44,995 bases of DNA from Vicinamibacteria bacterium (GCA_016650245.1 JAENWD010000062.1:1-44995); one strand, 5' to 3'; positions 9,854 through 18,677 are shown, numbered from the stretch's first letter. Notes: a model not told the origin generated them from the letters alone. Made by a program: numbers and translations.

Positions 9854-11090
9854 GGGCGGCCAGCGGCTCAGCGGGCGGGTTCACGTCGAGGGCAACAAGA
9901 ACTCCGCGTTGCCGCTCCTTGCGGCGTGCCTGCTGACCCAGGACGAGTGCGTGCTTCACAACGTGCCTCGCATCGGCGACGTCGAGGTGATGGCGCGCCT
10001 GCTGCTGGATCTGGGCGCCGAGGTCGACGGGATCGGCACGACGACCCTTCGGGTTCGCTGCCCTGAGATCCTGAAGGACGAGCCCGACCCGACGCTGGTT
10101 GGGCGTCTACGCGGCTCGGTGCTGCTGCTGGGTCCGCTGCTGGCGCGGCGCGGGCGCGTGCGGCTGGCCGCACCCGGCGGCGACTTTCCGGTGCGACGCA
10201 CGATCGACACGCACCTGGCCGCACTCAAGGGAATGGGCGCACGCCTCGCCGATGGGCCCGGGCATGCCCTCGATGCCCCAGATGGGCTCACGGGTGTCTC
10301 GATCTTCCTGGATGAAGCGTCGGTGACCGGCACCGAGACGGCTCTGCTCGCTGCGGCCTGCGCCACGGGACGCTCCGAGATCCGCCATGCGGCCACCGAG
10401 CCGCACGTCGCCGAGCTCTGCCGGTTCCTGGAATCGATGGGCGCCGGGATCACCGGGGCCGGCACGTCGACGATTCAAGTCGAGGGCGTCGCCCGTCGGC
10501 ACGGCACCACGCATACGCTCTGGGGCGACTACATCGACGCGGGAAGCTGGGCGGTCATCGGCGCGATCACCGGAGGCACCGTCGAGGTGACCGGCGCGCG
10601 TGCCCAGGACGTCGAGGTGTGCGCGGCGGTGCTTCGCCGGCTTGGCGTGCAGATCACATTCGAGGACGGCCTTCTTCAGGTCGAGCCGTCACAGTTGGTC
10701 GGCGCCGGCCGGATCACGACAGGGCTGTGGCCCAGCTTTCCCAGCGATCTGGTGAGTCTGGTCACGGTGCTAGCGACACAGGCGCAGGGCAGCACGCTCG
10801 TGCACGATTGGATGTACGAGTTGCGTTTATTTGCGCTCGACCAGATGAGTGGCATGCACGCCGATCTGTTTCTCTGCGATCCTCACCGCATCATTGTCAG
10901 CGGCCCGTGCCGCCTGCGCGGGCGCTCGCTCGACAGCCGGGACCTGCGATCGGGGATGTCGCTGATCGCGGCCGCGCTCACGGCCGACGGCGAAAGCCGC
11001 GTGAGCCCGCTCGAGACGGTCGAGCGGGGCTACAGCCGGCTCGTGGAGCGACTGCAGTCGCTGGGTGCGAGGGTGACGAAGCTGACGTAG
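9834..11090 (+). CDS. murA: UDP-N-acetylglucosamine 1-carboxyvinyltransferase (Cys-to-Asp variant)
   Basis: GNKNSALP, LRGSVLLLGPLLAR, PGGDF, SVTGTE, DLRSG, ERGY. Confidence 0.94.
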   Translation: MSTLLIEGGQRLSGRVHVEGNKNSALPLLAACLLTQDECVLHNVPRIGDVEVMARLLLDLGAEVDGIGTTTLRVRCPEILKDEPDPTLVGRLRGSVLLLGPLLARRGRVRLAAPGGDFPVRRTIDTHLAALKGMGARLADGPGHALDAPDGLTGVSIFLDEASVTGTETALLAAACATGRSEIRHAATEPHVAELCRFLESMGAGITGAGTSTIQVEGVARRHGTTHTLWGDYIDAGSWAVIGAITGGTVEVTGARAQDVEVCAAVLRRLGVQITFEDGLLQVEPSQLVGAGRITTGLWPSFPSDLVSLVTVLATQAQGSTLVHDWMYELRLFALDQMSGMHADLFLCDPHRIIVSGPCRLRGRSLDSRDLRSGMSLIAAALTADGESRVSPLETVERGYSRLVERLQSLGARVTKLT

Positions 11091-11101
11091 CCGTCCTGTC
11101 C

Positions 11102-12943
11102 CTACTGCGGCGGAGGCTGAGGCCGCGGCGGCGGGGTCGGATCTGGCGGCGTGATCGGCACCGCCGGACGCTGCCCCGGGAGCAGGGGCGTCGGCGCGGT
11201 CTCGTCCGGGCCCACGGGCGCCAGGGCCGGAGCGGTGGGGATCTCGGTCGTCGGGCTGCCGCCGCTTTCGCGCCCAAGGCGGAAGGGCCGCAGATCGGAT
11301 TCGGTGAGGTCAAGCACCCGCACGATGTGTGGTGTCAGCGTGAGGATGATGTCGGTCTCTTGCGTCTCGCGCTTGGTGCGGCCGAACAGCCGCCCAATCA
11401 CCGGCAGGTCGCTCAGACCCGCCACTCCATCGAGCACACGGCGCTCGTCGTCGCGGATCAAGCCCGCCAGCATGTTGGTCTCGCCGTCCTTGAGCCGGAT
11501 CACGGTGTTGATGTACCGGTTGCCGAAGGTCGGCAAGCCGCCGAATCCCTCACCCGACACGTTACTGACCTCGACCTTCAACGCCAGCGAGACGTCGTCG
11601 TTGTGGTGGACGCGCGGCGTGATGTCGATGTTGACACCGATGTTCTCGTAGTTGAACGAGGTGACCGGCTGCTGGGGCACGCCGCCGGTCGCAATCGGCG
11701 AAAACACGGTCACCGGCACGGGCACGCGCTCGCCGAACTTTGCCTGCGCGGGAATGCCCTCGGCCGTGCGCAACTGAGGACTGGCCAGTGCACGCGTGTT
11801 CGTGTCGGACCTCAACAGACGGTAGTACAGCGCCGGCACACCCGTCAGGAACACGTCGGCCGACGTGAGCCGCCGCAGGCTATCGAGTGTCAGGCCGTCC
11901 CGGTTCACATCGGCGGCGCCGCTGATGCCTGGGGACCCTGGCGAGGCCAGTTGCAACCCGAACTCCCGTAACCGCCTCCGATCGACCTCGAGCAGCTCGA
12001 CGTCGATCACGACTTCCGGACGGGCTTTGTCGATGGCCGCGATGATTCGTCCGGCTGCAGCGAGCCGCTCGGGCGTGTCCTTGATGGTGATGGCGTTGGT
12101 GCTCGGCACGCCTGCGAGCCTGCGCAGGTCCACGACGATGCGCAGCAGGTCGATGGTGTCCTTGAGTTCGGCGTTGCTCAGGTAGAACGTGCGGACGACC
12201 TCGTCTTCGTACTCGCGCCGTTTGGCTGGCGTGTCGGGCACGATGGTGATCGTGCGCGGTGCGGTGACCTTGTAGAAGTTTCGCGTGCTCGAGGTCACCG
12301 ACATCAGCGCGGCTTCAAACTCCGCGTCGCGCAGCTCGACGGTGATCGGCGCATCGCGGAACGCCGGGTCGAAGACCACGTTGACGTTGGCCAGCCGCGT
12401 GATGGTCGTCAACACGTCGCGCACCCCGGCATCGCGAAAGACCATCGCCGAGGCGGGCAGCTTGACGTCGCGCGGCAGTTCGAGCCCGGCCGGCTGCATG
12501 TCGCGCGAGCGCTCGACCAGCGCTTCCAGCCGCGTCTTGCCGTCAATTGGCACGGCCAGCCTGTTGCGAAGCCCCACTCGCGTTCGACGCAACTCGGTGT
12601 CGATCTCGCCGCTGGTCGGATTGAGTTCCGAGGCCAGCTGCATCTCGACCAGCGCCTCTTCGAACTTGCCCGTGGCGTACAAACGGCGGCCCCGGCCGAA
12701 ATGCAGTTCGGCGGCGCGCAGCTTCGCCCGCTCCAACGCCAGTCGGGCGTCGAGGTTGTCGGGGTCTTCCTTGAGGGCCCTGGTGTACTCCACGACGGCG
12801 CGGTCGTAGTCGTCGACGCGCTCGGCGGCGCGTCCGTTGCGCAGGGCGCTGCTGGTGGCGCATCCGGCCGCAAGCGCCGCGGCGACGATCAGCCACGCCA
12901 TCGAGCGCGCGACGCGCCTGGCGACAGCGTCAGCGGCCCGCAT
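11102..12943 (-). CDS. Lipoprotein secretin (GspD/PilQ family) with N-terminal TPR region
   Basis: Lipobox LAAG|C, TPR-like helices, N-domain (RTFYLSNA), secretin core (EVVIDVELLEV, YENIGVNIDITP, LSDLPVIGRLFG, LTLTPHIV), Pro-rich tail. Confidence 0.88.
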   Translation of the reverse strand: MRAADAVARRVARSMAWLIVAAALAAGCATSSALRNGRAAERVDDYDRAVVEYTRALKEDPDNLDARLALERAKLRAAELHFGRGRRLYATGKFEEALVEMQLASELNPTSGEIDTELRRTRVGLRNRLAVPIDGKTRLEALVERSRDMQPAGLELPRDVKLPASAMVFRDAGVRDVLTTITRLANVNVVFDPAFRDAPITVELRDAEFEAALMSVTSSTRNFYKVTAPRTITIVPDTPAKRREYEDEVVRTFYLSNAELKDTIDLLRIVVDLRRLAGVPSTNAITIKDTPERLAAAGRIIAAIDKARPEVVIDVELLEVDRRRLREFGLQLASPGSPGISGAADVNRDGLTLDSLRRLTSADVFLTGVPALYYRLLRSDTNTRALASPQLRTAEGIPAQAKFGERVPVPVTVFSPIATGGVPQQPVTSFNYENIGVNIDITPRVHHNDDVSLALKVEVSNVSGEGFGGLPTFGNRYINTVIRLKDGETNMLAGLIRDDERRVLDGVAGLSDLPVIGRLFGRTKRETQETDIILTLTPHIVRVLDLTESDLRPFRLGRESGGSPTTEIPTAPALAPVGPDETAPTPLLPGQRPAVPITPPDPTPPPRPQPPPQ

Positions 12944-13622
12944 CGGTAATCACATCGACGCCGCGGGGAATCGTAAAGACAAACTCGCGATCCGGCACCC
13001 CGGTATTCTCGCGAAGATTGGTGAAGGCGAAGGTCGACGTGCCGCCCTGGCGGTCGGTCGTCACGAGCATCCGCCACTGGAGGCTTTCTCGATCGACGAC
13101 CAACACGAGCGTCTCGTACTCCCGCTCGGGTTTGATCGGGGTGAGCGTGATGGCCGCCGAACCAACGGGCGCACCGGCCGGCGCTGCGGGCGCGGCCGTG
13201 AAGTCACGCGTCAGGTGGCCCTTCCCGGCCAAAAACATCGCAGGCGTCGACGCGTCGTCGCCCGTAGGGACGGTGGCGACGTAGACCTGCTTGTCGGCTG
13301 GCACGTAGGAGTAGAGTTTCACGCCGTCCGAGACGAACACCTTGTGCTCTGGACTGGTGTACGTCCAACGCATGCGCCCAGGTTTCCGGATTGCCATCTG
13401 TCCGCGTTCGACCGTCTTCTTGCGCAAGACGCCGCCTTCGTAGGTGTGCGTGAAGTCTGCCCGGAAGTCGCGGATGCGCTCGTAGTGCTGCTGAATGGCT
13501 GCCGCCAGGGCCTGCGCCTCGTCGGCGTCGGCCTCGGAGGTGGGGCTGGCGCCGACGCCGACCGCCAGCGCGACCAGCAGCACGCCGACCAGACTGGACC
13601 ATCCCCTCCACACTGCGGTCAT
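12930..13622 (-). CDS. lolA: Outer-membrane lipoprotein carrier protein LolA
   Basis: Signal peptide; ADFTH..G, KPGRMRWTY, FVSDG, C-terminal F.F.IP.GVDVI. Confidence 0.87.
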   Translation of the reverse strand: MTAVWRGWSSLVGVLLVALAVGVGASPTSEADADEAQALAAAIQQHYERIRDFRADFTHTYEGGVLRKKTVERGQMAIRKPGRMRWTYTSPEHKVFVSDGVKLYSYVPADKQVYVATVPTGDDASTPAMFLAGKGHLTRDFTAAPAAPAGAPVGSAAITLTPIKPEREYETLVLVVDRESLQWRMLVTTDRQGGTSTFAFTNLRENTGVPDREFVFTIPRGVDVITDAGR

Positions 13623-13658
13623 ATCGAATCGAAACCTCGTAAGCCTAGCATAGCCCCC

Positions 13659-15617
13659 TCAGGGCCCTCGGCGGGCTGGCGCCAGCCGGGTCAAGACGCG
13701 TGGGAGGGGCGCAAGCAGGCCCGAGGCGTAGGCCACACTGCGTGTCTCTCCATCCGGGCCCAACAGCACCAGTGACACCCCGCGCTCGAGTGTGAGCGCG
13801 TGCCGGCGGTTGGCGACGACGTGGCCGAAGCCGGCGCGGCGCATCGTGTCGGCCGGCAGCCACGACTCCATCCGCACGTCCAGGTGCACGCCGGCCACGC
13901 GGAGGGCAGCCCGGAAGGGCTGGTTCTCCCGGCGATCCAGCACGGGCGCTTCGCCGAGTCGACCGGCTAGTACTTGATAGGACGGTCCCACCGCCAGCAT
14001 GGCCGCTCCGGAAGTGAGTTGCTGCGAGGCCTCGGCCAGTTCCTGCGCGTCAAAGGGCAGGTCGCCGTAGGGCGCCAGCAACGCGAGCACGTAGATGGTG
14101 TCGGCGGGCAGGGCGCCAAGGCGTGCTGCCAGCGGCCGGGCGTCGACGCGGGGGTCCGGTCCGAAGGTAAAGAGCCCGCCGTAGGAGGCCTCGGCGATTC
14201 GGCGGCTCTGGGGCGTCATCACCACGTCGCGTCCGGCGGCCAGGTTGTCGCGGACCAGGAACGGCAACGTCAGCACGCGATCGGTGACGCGTGCGACGTT
14301 GAGGTCAGGCCGCACGTGCCTGGCGTAGTAGTCGAGCCCGTTTTCGAGTTGCCAGTTGATGTCGGCCAGCAGCAGTGCGTTGGCGCCAACGCCGCGCGTG
14401 AGATCGTCGAGCCAGCTGATGGGTCGTGTGTCGTCGTGGCGATCGACGGCAGGCCATGTGTCCCAGACCCGCCCGGCGGGCACGGCAAACAGCGCCACCG
14501 TCAAGACGACAGACGCCGCGCCGCGGGCTGACGCGGGCAGAGACGCCGGAAGTCGCCAAACCGCCGACGCGCCGAGGGCCGCCGCCAGGATCACGATCTG
14601 ATGCGACGGCAGGAAGAACACGTGCACGTCGCCGACGTTGTACGTGTAGGCGAACACGAAGGCGGTGCCGTACGCCAGCAGCAGCACGGCCAGCATCTGC
14701 CACCGGCGCCACAGGGAGGCCAGGCCGACCAGAGCCAGGGCGACGCCCGGCAGGCCGATTTGCTGCTGCAGATCGAAGGCGTACAGCCCGGCGCGGCGCT
14801 TCAGTGCCGTCTCGTGCACGCCCAGCACCATCGTCGAGCGCCAATCGGACTTGGTGACGTCGAACCAGAACGTGCGCACTCCGTCGGCCAGCGACGGCGT
14901 GGGGTCAGCGACCTGCCAGAGATACGCGGCATTCCACAAGTACTGCGACGCCCCGAGTGCCGCGCACGCGACGGCCAGGCTCACGCCTCTGCCTGAGGTC
15001 GCCTGCGAAAGCCCCCCGGGCGTGAGGACGATGAGCGCCGTCAGGGCCGGCGCCAGCAACACCATCATCAAGTGGTTGCCGAACCCCAGCGCGTAGAGGC
15101 CCAAGAGCAGCGCCAGGCGGGGGAGTGACGGGCGCCGGTGCCACCACATCCCAGCGGCCAGGACGAGCGCGGTCAGCAGCAGGTGCAACGTGTACACCTC
15201 GCCGATGATGGCCTGCGACCAGAACGTGTAGGAGGCGCCGAGCAGCAGGCCTGCCCAGGCGCCAGCCAGCACCGATCCGGTGAGCGCAGACGCCACCCAG
15301 ACGAGCGCGCCGCAGGCGGCTCCGCCGGCCAGGGCCGAGGTGAGGTTCAGGCTGTGGGCAGGGTCGCCGCCAGCGACGGCAAAGACCGTGTTGGCGAAGG
15401 CGTAGTAGAGCGGATAGGCCTGTCGAGGTGTGAGACGCCAGTCGCCGACAGCCGCCTGAAAGGCCGCGGTATCGCCGAAGTCGAGTCCCGGCAGCAACGT
15501 GCCGTGATAGCAGGCGAACGTGAGCGCGGTGACAACCGCGCAGGCGGCCAGGCGCTGGCCACGGGCCGGCGCGGCGGGCAGTAAGGATGGGTCTGGCACG
15601 CGGATGGCGCGTGCCAT
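13659..15617 (-). CDS. DUF2723/TMEM260-like polytopic membrane glycosyltransferase (GT-C type)
   Basis: Many TM helices; GDT..F...YPLY, FWSQAIIGEVYTLH, GNH motifs; soluble C-terminal domain. Confidence 0.7.
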   Translation of the reverse strand: MARAIRVPDPSLLPAAPARGQRLAACAVVTALTFACYHGTLLPGLDFGDTAAFQAAVGDWRLTPRQAYPLYYAFANTVFAVAGGDPAHSLNLTSALAGGAACGALVWVASALTGSVLAGAWAGLLLGASYTFWSQAIIGEVYTLHLLLTALVLAAGMWWHRRPSLPRLALLLGLYALGFGNHLMMVLLAPALTALIVLTPGGLSQATSGRGVSLAVACAALGASQYLWNAAYLWQVADPTPSLADGVRTFWFDVTKSDWRSTMVLGVHETALKRRAGLYAFDLQQQIGLPGVALALVGLASLWRRWQMLAVLLLAYGTAFVFAYTYNVGDVHVFFLPSHQIVILAAALGASAVWRLPASLPASARGAASVVLTVALFAVPAGRVWDTWPAVDRHDDTRPISWLDDLTRGVGANALLLADINWQLENGLDYYARHVRPDLNVARVTDRVLTLPFLVRDNLAAGRDVVMTPQSRRIAEASYGGLFTFGPDPRVDARPLAARLGALPADTIYVLALLAPYGDLPFDAQELAEASQQLTSGAAMLAVGPSYQVLAGRLGEAPVLDRRENQPFRAALRVAGVHLDVRMESWLPADTMRRAGFGHVVANRRHALTLERGVSLVLLGPDGETRSVAYASGLLAPLPRVLTRLAPARRGP

Positions 15618-15674
15618 CTGGCACGCTCGGCATTGTCGGCATGCCGAGCGAGGGGTGTCAAGACCGACAGCGGG

Positions 15675-15881
15675 CTATCGGCTATGCGCGTGCGTCGCCA
15701 GATGCCGTGGGTTGCTGGTCACGGGCACCGGCAGGCGAAGGTCGACCTGCGCGTCTGCGCGCAGTTCCCAACCCATGGACCGCTTACCGCAGTGGTTGCA
15801 GGACAGGAAGATCGCCCCCGGCTCGCAGCGAACCTGGAAGTCGTGGCGCCCAGAGAGATAGCAGCTGATCAAGTTCCACAT
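15675..15881 (-). CDS. Small hypothetical protein with C-x5-H...CxxC putative zinc-ribbon motif
   Basis: 68 aa: C7-YLSGR-H13 ... C28NHC31-G..S.GW. Fills an otherwise empty gap and follows a sigma54-like promoter. Confidence 0.65.
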   Translation of the reverse strand: MWNLISCYLSGRHDFQVRCEPGAIFLSCNHCGKRSMGWELRADAQVDLRLPVPVTSNPRHLATHAHSR

Positions 15882-15986
15882 GGTCGAACCCGCTTCGTCG
15901 TTGGCGTGTCGTTAATAGAACCCTCCACGCGATGGCCGCGGCCTGAGGAATGCCGGGCACTCGCATGAACTCTTGCTGTCGCCCTG

Positions 15987-16002
15987 TGCATGTGGCGTGC
16001 CA
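15987..16002 (-). promoter_or_regulatory. Candidate sigma54 (-24/-12) promoter TGGCACG-CCAC-ATGCA
   Basis: Correct GG-N10-GC spacing, one mismatch to TGGCACG-N4-TTGCA, about 105 nt upstream of the small ORF. Confidence 0.55.
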
Positions 16003-16182
16003 GCGTGAGCGGCCGCACGTGAGGGTGAGAGAGGTGGAGCAGTGGCGTGAAGAATGACGCCAACGCCCCGCCCCGCGAGGGCATGTACCTGCCGCGCATG
16101 ACCGCCTGGACCGTCGGAGTCTTGGCGCGGGATCACAGATTCGTCAGCAGAGGTCTGCCGTGGTAGGCCCGCGAGTGAAGGA

Positions 16183-16258
16183 TGGTGGACGGCGGGGGGA
16201 TCGAACCCCCGACCTCTGCATTGCGAACGCAGCGCTCTCCCAGCTGAGCTAGCCGCCC
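16183..16258 (-). tRNA. tRNA-Ala (anticodon CGC)
   Basis: GGGCGGCTAGCTCAGCTGGGAGAGCGCTGCGTTCGCAATGCAGAGGTCGGGGGTTCGATCCCCCCGCCGTCCACCA; G3:U70 identity pair, TTCGA loop, encoded CCA; TATCCT -10 at 16268-16273. Confidence 0.97.
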
Positions 16259-16352
16259 GGACCCTCAAGGATACCACGCGTTTAGCGACACCGGCAACGG
16301 CCCAGGTGGCGCCAAATGGCGAGGTATACTCGTGTCCCCTCAGTGGTCTTGC

Positions 16353-17435
16353 ATGCCAAAACTCAAGCGTATCGGAGTGCTCACAGGCGGCGGCGACGCC
16401 CCCGGCCTCAACGCGGTCATCCGTGCGGTCGTCAAGTCGGGTGTCAATCACGGCATCGAGGTGATCGGGCTCGAAGACAGTTTCGACGGGCTCATCGAGC
16501 CCAATCGCTCGCGGGTGCTCACCGCCAAGGACGTCACCGGTATCCTCCGGCGCGGCGGCACCATTCTGGGCACCGTCAACCGCGGCGACCCGTTTGCCTA
16601 TCCCATTGACACGTCCGACGGCAAGCAGGACTACAGCGAGCGCGTGGTGGACATGTTCCACCGCATGGGCCTGGACGCGCTGGTGGTCATCGGCGGCGAC
16701 GGGACGCTGGCCATCGCGAACAAGTTCGCCAAGATGGGGATCCCGCTGGTGGGCGTGCCCAAGACCATCGACAACGACATCGTCGGCACGACCAACACGT
16801 TCGGATTCGACACCGCCGTCAGCTTCGCCACCGACGCCATCGATCGCCTGCACACGACGGCGGAAGCGCACCGGCGCGTCATGGTGGTCGAAGTGATGGG
16901 CCGCTACGCCGGGTGGATTGCGCTCTATGCCGGGGTGGGCGGTGGCGCCGACTCCATCCTGATCCCCGAGATCCCGTACGACATCACGAAGGTCGCCCAG
17001 CAGATCAGGGACCGCGACGCATGGGGCGCCTATTTCTCGATCATCGTCGTCGCTGAAGGCGCCAAGCCGCGGGGCGGCAGGACCTCGCTCATCCAGCACG
17101 CCGGCGTGGGGCGCGCGGAGCGGCTGGGCGGAGCCGGTCACAGCATCGCAGCGGCGCTCGAGGAACTGACCGGCAAGGAGTCGCGCACCGTCGTGCTCGG
17201 CCACCTGCAGCGCGGCGGTTCGCCCACCAGCTTTGACCGCGTCCTGGCGACGCGGTTCGGCGGCAAGGCCGTCGAGTTGCTGCTCAATGGCGAGTTCAAC
17301 CGGATGGTCGCGTTTGCGCCGCCCGACATCTCATCGGTCCCCATCGACGATGTCGTCGGCAAACAGCGCCTCGTGCCAACCGACTTCGACCTCGTGCAGA
17401 CCGCACGGTCGATTGGCGTCTCATTCGGAGACTGA
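16353..17435 (+). CDS. pfkA: 6-phosphofructokinase (PfkA family, group III-like)
   Basis: TGGGDAPGLNA, GGDGT, PKTIDND, EVMGR, LGHLQRGG; ATG 16353 preferred; TATACT at 16325-16330. Confidence 0.93.
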   Translation: MPKLKRIGVLTGGGDAPGLNAVIRAVVKSGVNHGIEVIGLEDSFDGLIEPNRSRVLTAKDVTGILRRGGTILGTVNRGDPFAYPIDTSDGKQDYSERVVDMFHRMGLDALVVIGGDGTLAIANKFAKMGIPLVGVPKTIDNDIVGTTNTFGFDTAVSFATDAIDRLHTTAEAHRRVMVVEVMGRYAGWIALYAGVGGGADSILIPEIPYDITKVAQQIRDRDAWGAYFSIIVVAEGAKPRGGRTSLIQHAGVGRAERLGGAGHSIAAALEELTGKESRTVVLGHLQRGGSPTSFDRVLATRFGGKAVELLLNGEFNRMVAFAPPDISSVPIDDVVGKQRLVPTDFDLVQTARSIGVSFGD

Positions 17436-18605
17436 CGAAGTACTTAGCACTTCGAGGTACTTCAACGCTCCGCCGGTATTGAACAAGACGACGAGTTCGT
17501 CGCGGTCGACCTGGCCGCTGGCGACGAGTGCGTCCAGCGCGGCCAGCGTCGCGCCGCCTTCCGGGGCGGCGCTGATGCCTTCCAGCCGCCCCATCCGTCG
17601 CATTCCGTCGATCATCGCCTCATCGGACACCGACAGGGCCGTGCCGCCGCTGTCGCGGATCGCGCGCAGCATCAGGAAATCGCCCACCGCGCTGGGCACG
17701 CGCAGGCCGTCGGCGATCGTGTGGGCGTCGGTGACCGGTGCGGCGGTGTCGCGGCCGTCGGCAAACGCGGCGACGATCGGCGCGCAGCCGTCGGCTTGCA
17801 CCGAGATCATCCGGGGCCGTTGCCCCGGGGCCACCCAGCCGATGTCCTCCAGTTCCTGGAATCCCTTCCACATGCCGATCAGCCCCGTTCCGCCGCCGGT
17901 TGGGTAGATGACGACATCGGGCCAGCGCCAGCCGAGCTGCTCGGCCAGCTCGAAGGCCATCGTCTTCTTGCCCTCGAGACGATACGGCTCCTTGAGCGTC
18001 GAGACGTCGTACCACCCCAGCGGCGCGCCGCGCTGGGCGGCGATGCGGCCAGCATCGGTGATGAGGCCATCGACCAGTTCGACGGAGGCACCGAGCAGCG
18101 TGCACTCCTCGACGAAGGCGCGTTTGACGTCGCGCGGCATGAAGACCCGCGCGTCCAGGCCGGCGGCAGCCGCATAGGCCGCCATGGCGCAACCGGCGTT
18201 GCCGGCCGTGGGCACCGACACGGTCGTGGCGCCCAGGGCCCTGGCGCGGGTGATCGCGGTGGACTGCCCGCGCGCCTTGAACGAGTTGGTGGGGTTGAGG
18301 GACTCGTCCTTCACAAACAGTGCCGACAGGCCAAGCTCGGCGCCGAGGCGAGGCGCGTGCAGCAGTGGCGTGTAGCCTTCGCCCAGTGAGATTGGCGTGT
18401 CGCCGGGGAAGACGGGCAGCAGTTCGCGGTAGCGCCAGAGCGTGGGCTCACGGTCGCGCAGGCTCTCCCGCGTCCACGACCGAAGCGCCGCCAGATCGTA
18501 GCGCGCAAACAGGGGAGCGCCGCATCGACACAGGTGATGTCGCGTCCGCGGGTCCAGCGCCGGCGCTCCACAGGGGCGTGAGCATTCAAGGTGCGTGAAG
18601 GACAT
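17421..18605 (-). CDS. thrC: Threonine synthase
   Basis: Start moved to ATG 18605; N-terminal Cys cluster, SLGEGYTPL, NPTNSFKARG (PLP Lys), TAGNAG, EGKKT, PTGGG, FNTG. Confidence 0.9.
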   Translation of the reverse strand: MSFTHLECSRPCGAPALDPRTRHHLCRCGAPLFARYDLAALRSWTRESLRDREPTLWRYRELLPVFPGDTPISLGEGYTPLLHAPRLGAELGLSALFVKDESLNPTNSFKARGQSTAITRARALGATTVSVPTAGNAGCAMAAYAAAAGLDARVFMPRDVKRAFVEECTLLGASVELVDGLITDAGRIAAQRGAPLGWYDVSTLKEPYRLEGKKTMAFELAEQLGWRWPDVVIYPTGGGTGLIGMWKGFQELEDIGWVAPGQRPRMISVQADGCAPIVAAFADGRDTAAPVTDAHTIADGLRVPSAVGDFLMLRAIRDSGGTALSVSDEAMIDGMRRMGRLEGISAAPEGGATLAALDALVASGQVDRDELVVLFNTGGALKYLEVLSTSSVSE

Positions 18606-18626
18606 CGGCGCGTGGGAGCGTACACG

Positions 18627-18650
18627 AAAAAGGCCGGCGCGGCGCCGGCC
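18627..18650 (-). terminator. Intrinsic terminator after frr
   Basis: Minus strand reads GGCCGGCG-CCG-CGCCGGCC followed by TTTTT. Confidence 0.8.
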
Positions 18651-18653
18651 CCT

Positions 18654-18677
18654 AATCGTCAATCTGCAATCGTCAAT
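18654..18677. repeat. Degenerate heptamer tandem repeat (AATCGTC/AATCTGC) overlapping the frr stop
   Basis: aatcgtc-aatctgc-aatcgtc-aat. Confidence 0.65.

Noticed and set aside
15882-15986. Possible riboswitch or ncRNA in the leader of the small ORF
   Set aside because: I could not match a known family by eye; a covariance-model search would be needed.
15882-16182. Possible integrative element or att site at the tRNA-Ala 3' end
   Set aside because: No integrase and no duplicate of the tRNA 3' end seen in the window; flanking genes look native.
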